Shown in pieces: positions 43,382 through 52,462 of a stretch of 52,462 nucleotides of DNA. The notes beneath the pieces are model-generated. The model searched no databases. It was not told the origin of the DNA and was given only the letters and a program-made list of their open reading frames with translations. A program made the translations under genes and the position numbers. The stretch is from Macrostomum lignano (lineage: Eukaryota): NCBI GenBank assembly GCA_002269645.1, contig NIVC01001738.1, positions 1-52,462 on the forward strand, in the 5' to 3' direction. The stretch's first letter is position 1; each line of letters opens with the position of its first letter.

Positions 43382-44328
43382 CTGAGCTCAAGACCCCAAA
43401 ACCCACCCCACCAGGTGGCCTTCAGACCCCAGGGAAGATGACAGGTGCGGTCATAAATCATGCGCAAAACATAATAAAAGTCACTTGTCTAGACATCCTG
43501 GCGCCAAAAGTGACAGCAAAACACCCATAAATTAAAAGAGAAAGTAACAGAGCGAGTGGGTAGAAAGCTGGAAAGACCTCCTTGACCCAGACAGGCTGGA
43601 GCCAAAAGTGACAGCTAGACCGCCATAAATCACTGAAAACAGTGAAAAAGCCGCTAATCTTGTGGTCAGAATGGGGTTGAAACCATTCCTCCCAGACTTA
43701 GTGTCGCCCGTCTAGACTGCTAGAGGTCAATCCGTCTCAAACCCAGACAGTCTGACCTTCAAAGATGCGTAAACAATCCAAAATTAGAATCCTAAGAGAA
43801 GTACATTGAGTATTTATCATAATTAATAATGATGGCATAAATTAGTGTAGAACTTAGCCTGGATGAGAGAATGGAGAGAGATTCCTCAAGCTAGCCTACT
43901 GACAGTAGGGGAAAAGCGCATCGAAGTGAAATGTGCGGTTTTAAGATTGCAAAAACATCCTCATCATTATTATTAATATTATTATTATTGTTTCTATAAT
44001 ATTGTTATTATTTAAATTTATTATTATATATTTTGCTATGAAAAAAGATAAGTTTTTCATCTACAGAAATGATGTGTATTGTACATGCATGTACATGTAG
44101 GCAACTCAAGATGTAGCCATATTGGTTTGACAGAGATAGGCGGAAATTTAGTGGCCATGGACTGTAATTTAGTGAAATTACAGCAAATCGGTTTTTGAGC
44201 ACCATGTACGGTTTCTTTTTTGTTTGCACTGCATCTGATAAAAGGCTATAAAAGTCAAGAGCCACTAGAAGTTACCGTTGTATAAATCGTATAAACTTCG
44301 AAGTTACGTTGGCTAACGAAAATCCTTG

Positions 44329-44870
44329 AGTAGTAGGGGAAATGTGGACTCTGCCGCAGGAATTTCCGTGGGAAAACCACGGGCCTGTAGTGTGTAAACA
44401 TAGCGCCTATGTAAATGCATTGGTGGACTCTGCCGCAGGGAAAGCCACGGAATTTCCATGGGGTGGGGGGTCGGAGAGCGAAATATACGGGCTTTTCATA
44501 TTACCGATTCCAGAACCAGAATCGGTTCGAAGCTTTTCATATTGTCTGTTCCGTCTTCATAGTCGGTTCCAGAACCGTGATCCGATTCTGGAATTCGGTT
44601 CGAGAAATTTTCTCGATCCTTTGTCGTATTTCTATAGAAACGAAAGGACGAATTTGAAATAACATTTCAAACATTTCAAAAGAATACTAGTTTCTAGATT
44701 TTAGATAGACATGTTTTTATCCTTTAAGAAGTAGACAAAAATAGAATAGAAAAATTCGACGCTTTTCATTTTCCTACTCGATCTTCAATGAAAAAAGCCG
44801 AATAGAGCTCTATGTAAATGGATTGGTGGACTCTGCCGCGGGGAAAGCAGCATAAGTTCCTGGGAAGCCC
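44329..44870 (+). repeat. Candidate left terminal inverted repeat region of the Polinton
   Basis: Starts AGTAGTAGGGG; contains three GTGGACTCTGCCGC motifs, a roughly 40-bp direct repeat (44407 and 44810) and a CCGTGG-GAAAA-CCACGG hairpin (44366-44382). The partner end is not in the window. Confidence 0.5.
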
Positions 44871-45429
44871 AAAACTGATTCTCTAAAAATAGTAAAAAAC
44901 TTCTCTAGTGTACATTAGCCATAATTAATTGAGAATTGGGTGAACCTGGCTTCCGATCTCCACAATATTTAAACTTTGTTGGCAGTGGGAATACATAGGC
45001 CTATGTTCATGAGTTCCTCCGCACTTTAGTACGAGTCTCGCAAACTGGACTGAATTTGTTGTGAAAGTGAGCTTGCAAAGCGCCGTTTATTGCCTTGTTA
45101 TTGTTTTTCTTGATACTGCTGATTTGGGCGCGGGGAAGTGGGGTGCAGGTCTGGGGTGGAGGTCTTTAAAACTAACTGATGCACGCGACGGGGGGAATGT
45201 TATCAGTTTTATTATTATTATTTCTCAATAACGGTAAGAAAATAATTAGTGCATACACATATGTAACGTTTAAACATATCTGTATGTGTACATATAGGCG
45301 ATATTGCCTGGTGATTTGGATATAAGGACTGAAAAATTCTACTGAGCCATTAAAATATATTTTGTTGAGATTTAAACGGACTTCGAAATTTCAAATTTTC
45401 ACAAAAAACCCTTGATTAAATTTTAAACC

Positions 45430-46341
45430 ATGAGCCATTCTCGGTGCCCATCCTACGTTCATGAGGTGTGTGTCACCTGCAATATTAGTATGCTCGGTGG
45501 ACTAAAGCACCATGTAGCGAATGAAGGCTGCAGTGTCACCCGATGGCTACTATGCCATGAATGCCAGTCCGTTGAGCTCTTCACCGTTAGAGGCCAAATC
45601 AAAAGGCATAAAAATCATTCGACTGTTAACTGGAGCTCTGCTGAGGACCGCGAGCAGGCACGCATTACTGCTCTGGAAGTTGCACGTCAAGAGGAACGCA
45701 ACAGGGCGGCAGAACGCATTCGAGAGCCGGTGAGCACTTTGAGTCAAGTTATCACGAGCTTATGCGGCCGAGTAACGAACACTGGTGACCAGCCCAACGC
45801 CCAGCCTGCTGCTGCTTCTGCTGCTCTACTCGACGGTGATGTCGGAGCTCCCCTGCTTGATGCTGCTGATGGAGGTGGCACCCCTGACTTCGAGCTGAAT
45901 GAGCTGGACACCGCTTTCTTCGAGAACCTCGATGGTGAGCCTGAAGCACAGGAGCAGCAAGAAATGCAACAGCAGCAGCAGCGGCGTGCAATCCCTGTTC
46001 CCGGAAAAAATATGGAGCGTGCCAGGATGCTGGCAGAAGTCAGCCTGTCCGACGTGATTCGCGATATGGACTCAGGCCCTGCGCCTCCACCACCGCCGCC
46101 ACCGACTGAGGTTCAGCCTGCGGTCGAAGTCAGCCTGTCCGACCTGATTCGCGATATGGACTCAGGCCCTGCGCCTCCACCACCGCCGCCACCGACTGAG
46201 GTTCAGCCTGCGGCCGCTAATGAAGTGCAGCAGCCAGCACCTCTCTGCATCCAGCTGGTTCTGCCCAACAGTGTTACGGGTGAATATTGGATTGACTTGG
46301 GAGGGGCTTTCCGTATTCGCCTGAGCAATTCTCAATTCTAA
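45430..46341 (+). CDS. Element-encoded 303-aa protein: N-terminal Cys/His zinc-finger-like motifs, acidic and Gln-rich middle, duplicated 30-aa Pro-rich unit
   Basis: Uninterrupted intronless ORF in AT-rich flanks. Motifs CVTC..LKHH and CHEC-x14-HKNH, DFELNELDTAFFENLDGE, and a 90-bp duplication at 46036/46126. Confidence 0.7.
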   Translation: MSHSRCPSYVHEVCVTCNISMLGGLKHHVANEGCSVTRWLLCHECQSVELFTVRGQIKRHKNHSTVNWSSAEDREQARITALEVARQEERNRAAERIREPVSTLSQVITSLCGRVTNTGDQPNAQPAAASAALLDGDVGAPLLDAADGGGTPDFELNELDTAFFENLDGEPEAQEQQEMQQQQQRRAIPVPGKNMERARMLAEVSLSDVIRDMDSGPAPPPPPPPTEVQPAVEVSLSDLIRDMDSGPAPPPPPPPTEVQPAAANEVQQPAPLCIQLVLPNSVTGEYWIDLGGAFRIRLSNSQF

Positions 46342-47119
46342 ACTAATAATTCTAATGTACCAGTCGTTAAATATTAATTTAGCAACATTTTGTGTTGAAT
46401 TAAATTGCGAGATGCATGATTATCCGTATATTGAAAAAGTGAATAATGTTTATTTTTCTTTTCAACATCTCATTGCTATTTTTAAAGTTCATATTTATGC
46501 AGGCAATGCGCGTTGATCAATTGCAAGCTGTGCTTGGGTGTGAATGCAGATTGGGTTTGATTCTGGTTGGGTTTGTAATCTCCTTCTTTAACTTGTGCTT
46601 CTAATAATGTAGCGTATCATTGCATTTTTAAAATATAAGTTTTAAAGCGCAATGAAGCGCAGAATTTTGGAAAAGTTTTCAGCTTTGAGTTATTTTGAAT
46701 TATTTTTAGAATTCGTTTCATAAGACCCTTTTATTAAACCCATTATGAGACCCCGAAATTTGGCACGTAACGACAAGACCCGAAGTACAACTTTCGAAAA
46801 TATGTACACTTAATACGAGCGTATATCCACAAATTAGGGATTTAAATTTACTTTTGCAAGAAAAAATAATTTCACAAATATGTATTTCAGCAAATTTCCT
46901 CCTCTAATTCTCATCGAAAATGCTCTAAGCCGTGTCATCAACCGAACCGAGATGGCTTCTTCGAGAGACACTTCATCATCATCATCAGCAAGTGATCGGC
47001 CGCTTGAGTCTACCAATTTTGCTATCGAAATCGAACCAACCAGTGAGTCAATCCAATGTGATTAGTAAAGCCAGTAAAGTAGACTCTTCCCTCTATAAAT
47101 ACAAGCAAAAGTAGTCACG

Positions 47120-47650
47120 AAACCCGATTCCCGATTCGCCGATTCACCGATTCCCGATTCACCGATTCACCGATTCACTGATTCCCGATTCACCGATTCC
47201 CGAATCGCCGATTCACCGATTCACTGATTCTCGATTCACCGATTCACCGATTCCCGAATCGCCGATTCACCGATTCACTGATTCTCGATTCACCGATTCA
47301 CCGATTCCCGATTCACCGATTCACCGATTCACTGATTCCCGATTCACCGATTCCCGAATCGCCGATTCACCGATTCCCGATTCGCCGATTCACCGATTCA
47401 CTGATTCTCGATTCACCGATTCACCGATTCCCGATTCACCGATTCCCGATTCGCCGATTCACCGATTCCCGATTCCCGATTCCCGATTCACTGATTCCCG
47501 ATTCACCGATTCCTGATTCGCCGATTCCCGATTCACCGATTCCCGATTCGCCGATTCCCGATTCACCGATTCCCGATTCGCCGATTCCTGATTCACCGAT
47601 TCCCGATTCGCCGATTCCCGATTCACTGATTCCTGATTAACCGATTCCCG
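47120..47650. repeat. 7/8-bp compound satellite (CCGATTC with CA/CG/C spacers) inside the element
   Basis: About 70 tandem CCGATTC-type units ending about 75 bp before the PolB ATG. Confidence 0.93.
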
Positions 47651-47724
47651 CACCATAATGAGGTGGAATTAGGATTATGATTTATAAATTTTAACTGTCG
47701 AGTGAAACGCGTACACCCAACAAC

Positions 47725-50700
47725 ATGCTAATTCATGCAGGCATTCAATTCAGCTCGGCTATTCACGCTAGTGCGCATGATGACACGCTGCAGGTCAGAC
47801 GCTTCACTCCAGCATCAAGAGGTCTCGAGCCATTTCATTTTTTATCATCAACGAAGTTTGCAGTGCTACAGGCTGTTGAGATGAGATTCGATTCATCCGA
47901 GAATAAATCTATTCGAGCGCAGCTCAAGTTCAACATCAGAATGGTGAGAATCAAGGAAGCTGCGGTAATCAATGCAGAAGATAAGTGGATCGCATGCGGT
48001 CTTGAGCTTCTCTCTGATCTAAGAGATTTTGAATTGTGGTGGTTGCAGCAGTTTTCTGAGCTGGAACGCAAGATTGATGCCTACAATTCAAATGGGAGCG
48101 GTTGGATGTTGAGCAAATCAACTATTTTGATCTGTGCTCTGCCCTCACTGATCGCATTCGCTACTATCGTGGACGATGCGCGAATTTTCTTTGCCCAATC
48201 AGCTGGCCGTTAAGAAGGCCATAATCAACCCACCGAGCGATGGAAACAATTGCTTTCTGTTTGCCTGTCTCGCTTACCTGCACAACAGAGATCCAGGTGT
48301 GATGAAGTCTTGCCATCGACTAACAACTTACAGCAGATGGTTGGATGAAATCGATCTGAGCGGCATCGCACTACCAGTCGCAATTTCCGATTTAGACGTT
48401 ATAGAGGAAAAGAATTCCGAAATCTGTTTCACAGTTTTTAGCTGGGAAGATGATGAGGCCTATGTCATTCGCCAGCCTCTTCCTGGGATTTGTGCCTCTC
48501 GCAAGGTTATTCCTCTACTCTTGCTTCGCAACTCCAGCTCCGATGATGCTGATGATGATGATGGTGGTGATGAGAATTGTGGGACTGGACACTGGTGTGC
48601 AGTTTCGAACCTGGACCGGCTCCTGAACAGCAAAAAAGGTCTGAGGAATCGCAAATGGTGTGAGAAGTGCATTTCTCCGTTTCGATTCCAGGAAGAGTTG
48701 GAGCAGCATCGAGACAGCTGCAATCCTCAACTGAAACCAGCCATCATGGAGCGCATGCCTGATGCAAGTAGCAACACAATGCAGTTCATGGCTTGGGAAA
48801 AGACAATCAGTCCCCCATTTGTTGTCTACGCAGATTTTGAAGCTCTGAACACCCCACGTGAACCAGTGAAGCCTGAAAGAGAAGTTACTGTCACCAAGTT
48901 AACTGAGCATGTACCTGTAGCTGCTGGCTACATTGTTATTCCAAGAGAGGGTATGAGCAGCAAAATTCTGAGGCCGAGTGAGGATGTTTTCCTCTGCAGC
49001 GGACCCAATCCGAATTCTGTCGTGAAACAGTTTTTGGCCTCACTCGAACGTCTTGCTCGTGAAGTTTATGGTTGGAATACCGAGTTTAGTCATCAGATTG
49101 CTGACAGAAACAGTGATGACAACAGGCGCAGCTTTCAAGATGCCACACAGTGCTATTTATGCAATGCAGTGTTCATTTCATCTTCTGACAAGCACTGGGA
49201 TCACGACCACCTCAGCGGTGAATACAAGGGTGCTGCCTGCGCTTCGTGTAACAAGCTTGCTCGGCTGAAACGGCGATTTTTGCCAATAGTTTTCCACAAT
49301 CTTCGCGGATATGACCTGCATTTGATTTTCTCAACTGCGCTGGGTGACATGACTGGTTGGAGGGTGAGCGTCATCCCCCAAACTGCTGAGTCGTACCTCT
49401 CCATGAGGGTCGAGTTCCAGATTGATGAGTATGAGAAAGATGGCGTAAAAAAGCCCCTGTTTTTCACGCTACAATTCATCGACTCACTGCAATTCCTACA
49501 CAGCAGTCTTCTCAACTTATTAAGAACTTGCCGGAGGACAACTGTCCCATCACTAATGCGATGCGATCAAAGTATCCAAATCTCTCAAGCGATGTACTGT
49601 TTAGTAAGGGAGTTTTCCCGTATGATTATCTCTCGAATTTGAATGCGCTTGATGATCGCCAACTACCAAAAGTAGAAAGCTTTTTTAACCGACTCACCAA
49701 CAGCCACTGTACCGAGGCGGAGTATCGGCATGCGCAGAAGGCCTGGACTGAATTCGAATCTACAACATTGCGCGATTACATGCTCTGCTACTTGGAGCTG
49801 GACATCAGGCAACTAGCAGATATCTTTGAAGGGTTTCGAAGGCTGAGTTTGCAGGAAGACAAGCTAGATCCGGTGCATTTTGTGTCAACTCCAGGCTATC
49901 ATTCGCTTCTGCACTAAAGTCTTCTCAAGTCAAGATCGAACTGCTAACTGACCTCGAGATGTATAAAATGTTTGAAAAGGAATTCGGGGTGGAATGTCTT
50001 TTGTCAATGTACATCATGTCCAGAGCGAAAGTAGTGATGATGATAATGAACCAGCAGGTAGGAGTTTACTGGCTGTTGATGCTAATAACCTTTATGGTCA
50101 TGCGCTCACAATGCCCCTACCTGTTGGGCTTTCGCTGGCTCAGTCAAGAGGAGCTGTGCTCTGGTCCGAGTGCCGCTTTCTTTCCCTGGATGATGACGCT
50201 CCAATCGGCTACCTTGTCGAAGCGGATTTGCTCTACCCAGCCGAAATCCACACGGCAACGGAGGATCTTCCATTCGCCCCAGAAAAAGGTGTCCGAATTT
50301 CGAAGAATTTCCGCAGTACATGCGAGAATTATGGGTACTGCTTCAACATGACAATGATCATTCTCATCATCATCAGCAGCAGCAGCCCGACGCGAACACG
50401 ACTGAGAATCCTACCGTTGCGCGCTACCGTGGAGTACAAAAATTAATGCTCACATGCCACAACAAGTTTTCCTATGTACTGCACTCGTCTGCTCTCCGAT
50501 TCTATCTATCGCACGGAATGAAGTTGCATGGGCTCCACAGGATGATCGAATTCAGGCAAGAACCTGTCTTCGCGGACTACATTAAGATGAATAGCGAGAA
50601 GCGCTCTATGGCGAAAAATGATTTCGAGAAGGATTTCTATAAACTGAAAAATAACTCCCTGTTTGGCAAAACAATGGAGAACGTGCGCAAGCGGCGGGAC

Positions 50701-51471
50701 ATCAGAGTGTAGTGACAAGAAAAAAGCCAAGACTGTTTCTTCTCAACCAAATGTCGCATCATTCACAATCATTACGCCGTCACTCAGCATCTTTGAGCTT
50801 CAAAAGCACGAAGTAACTCTTGATCGCCCAATCTTCATGGGCAGTGTGTTCTAGATCGCTCCAAGATCATCATGTATCGACTTTACTATGACAAAATAAA
50901 ACCCATGCTAGAATTCCGTGATGGAGCAAGAGTTCGAGTTTGCGGTGGCGATACAGACTCGTTGTTTTTGAGCTTAGAGAACCTTAGTTTGCAGAGAGAA
51001 GTGCTGCCAATCCTGCATGCCGAAGGCCTCTTGGACACCTCCAATTTTTTCACTAATCATCCTCTCTTCTCGAATCGGCTAAAGGCCAAGCTAGGCTGCA
51101 TTAAAGATGAAGCTGGTGGACTGCAACAGATTGAGTGGGTGCTGCTAAGGCCCAAGCTCTATTCTTTCCTCGCTGAAAGCTCGGCGGCATGCAAAGCAAA
51201 AGCAAAAGGCATCCAACGAAGCGTGCTGAAGAATGAAGTCTCCCACGACGACTACGTCAAGATTTTCAAGGGGGCTTCAAAGCTGTCGCTCACTGTTCGT
51301 CGAATTGGAAGTGAGAAACATCGCGTTTTCACCATTGAGCAACGTAAGCTCGCTCTCAGTATCTGGGAGGACAAGCGAGCGTGGACTGGCTCGAACTCAA
51401 GTCTTCCGTTCGGCCACTTTCAGCTGTTAATCAGGGGTAGTCCGAAAAGGACAGCGGACTGCTTAGAGTGA
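47725..51471 (+). CDS. polB: Protein-primed family B DNA polymerase (Polinton type) with terminal-protein-like region, vOTU protease, zinc finger and endonuclease VII-like insertion; split by about six 1-nt frameshifts
   Basis: In order: NGSGWML; KKAIINP..DGNNCFLFACL; GHWCAVSNLDRLL; CEKC..F..LEQH..C; ExoI VVYADFE; CYLC..DHDHLSGEYKGAACASCN; ExoII FHNLRGYDLH; FIDSLQFL; KGVFPYDY; ExoIII YLELDI; motif A DANNLYG; motif B KLKNNSLFGKTMEN; motif C GGDTDS; LRPKLYS; KAKGI; EDKR. Confidence 0.93.
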
Positions 51472-52186
51472 TGCTTTGCACATCTGTGTAACCTTGGCGT
51501 TGAAATTTATTGACTTTTACTTATGTACTCCATGAATTGTTTCTGTGGTTTAATTAATCTGAATGATGATGATGATGATAATGATGGATGATGATGATAA
51601 TGACAATGCTGGAACGAATAGAGCCAATTCAGTTAGTTACATATTTGTAGTCTCTAAGCAACTAACTAACTCAAGTAACATTTTCGAGTTGAGTTGTTCC
51701 AGATTTATTTCAATACGAACTTGTGAAAGCCATGTTGGAATAATTTGCGTCATATTGGTCTGGCTTTCCTCTTTTTTACTATCCTTGAATTTTTGCACAA
51801 TTGAATGAACTGAGTTACTGTCCTTTTTTATCTTTGCTAGCTTTGCTACTCATATTTTTTGTAACCATTATCCAATGATTATCTGAAAAATATTTGCTTC
51901 CTTTTTCATTTCTGCTAGTTCTTGTTCGTTTTTGTCTTAGCAGTGCATAATCTGAGTGATGGGTGTGCTTTTTTTTCTTGAGTTGGTGGTGGTCTGATTA
52001 AATTTTCTATACTCAAACTAATATTGCGATTTCAGTTTGAAAATAAAGAAAAAGTCGATCGAAGTCTGATTTTCAGGTATATTGATTAAAATGCACGCAT
52101 CTTAATACGTGGTATATGCATGCAAAATTATTATATTTTGTTCAGCTGTCGTCTTTTTATTTAATTGTTGAAACATATGGTTATTA

Positions 52187-52462
52187 TTAGCACAGAAAAC
52201 GGACAAGCAAGGAAAAGTCGGAAATTAGCATGCTCATTGTTTTTGCACCACTGAGAACAAATGAGCCATTGTGAAAAAGCAGGCATTTGCAGAAGCTTAG
52301 TTTGCAGATCAAAGCAGAAAATGATTCTGGCTCATATTGAGCACTTGGTAAAGTGTTTACAAGATTAGCGAGGGGAAGGCTCTGCACAAGTCAATCTTCC
52401 ATGAGCAGTAATAGTTTTAATCCGCACATGCACAGCTTTGATGAGGCAGCAGTTGAGCAGGC
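52187..52462 (-). CDS. Diverged TATA-binding protein (TBP)-like ORF, C-terminal repeat; 5' part beyond the window, one frameshift near 52380
   Basis: PLANLVNTLPSAQYEPESFSALICKLSFCKCLLFHNGSFVLSGAKT aligns to TBP IRLEGL..SYEPELFPGLIYRM..PRIVLLIFVSGKVVLTGAK. The adjacent frame upstream gives VRIKTITAHGRL, matching FKIQNMVGSCDV. Confidence 0.75.

Larger units (their letters stand above)
44329..52462. mobile_element. Polinton/Maverick-like element (endogenous DNA virus), left part; continues beyond the window
   Basis: Protein-primed PolB, intronless ORFs with AT-rich spacers, and an AGTAGTAG candidate terminus followed by internally repetitive sequence. Integrase and capsid genes are not in view. 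Confidence 0.75.

Noticed and set aside
42482-43549. Confident solo LTR call
   Set aside because: TG...CA ends with a 9-bp inverted repeat are present, but the flanks show no target-site duplication and no PBS or PPT was recognised; kept only as a hypothesis.
52187-52462. Canonical host TBP gene
   Set aside because: Too diverged from the near-invariant eukaryotic TBP core, intronless in the visible part and adjacent to pPolB.

Overview
Eukaryotic, repeat-rich animal genomic DNA with spliceosomal GT-AG introns. There are no prokaryotic features and no CRISPR. The satellite load and gene content suggest a free-living flatworm such as Macrostomum; this is inference only. Left to right: (1) frameshifted 3' part of a very-large-inducible-GTPase (GVIN/URGCP)-like gene; (2) a 3-exon LHFPL tetraspan gene with minisatellites, a 1.3 kb (GATA)n and a tRNA-derived SINE in its introns; (3) fragments of non-LTR retrotransposons; (4) a tandem array of four phospholipid-scramblase paralogues with the same exon layout but unrelated Gln-rich repeat tails, two preceded by RFX X-boxes; (5) a small single-pass membrane ORF; (6) a roughly 16-exon ankyrin-repeat TRP channel on the minus strand whose introns hold many different satellites, several apparently amplified from splice-site sequence; (7) from about 44.3 kb to the window edge, a Polinton/Maverick-like element with an AGTAGT terminus, a zinc-finger/acidic/Pro-rich ORF, a protein-primed PolB with vOTU and endonuclease VII domains, and a highly diverged TATA-binding-protein-like ORF, which is the most unusual item. 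Many genes are broken by single-base frameshifts, which may be assembly errors rather than decay. All gene models were assembled by eye.
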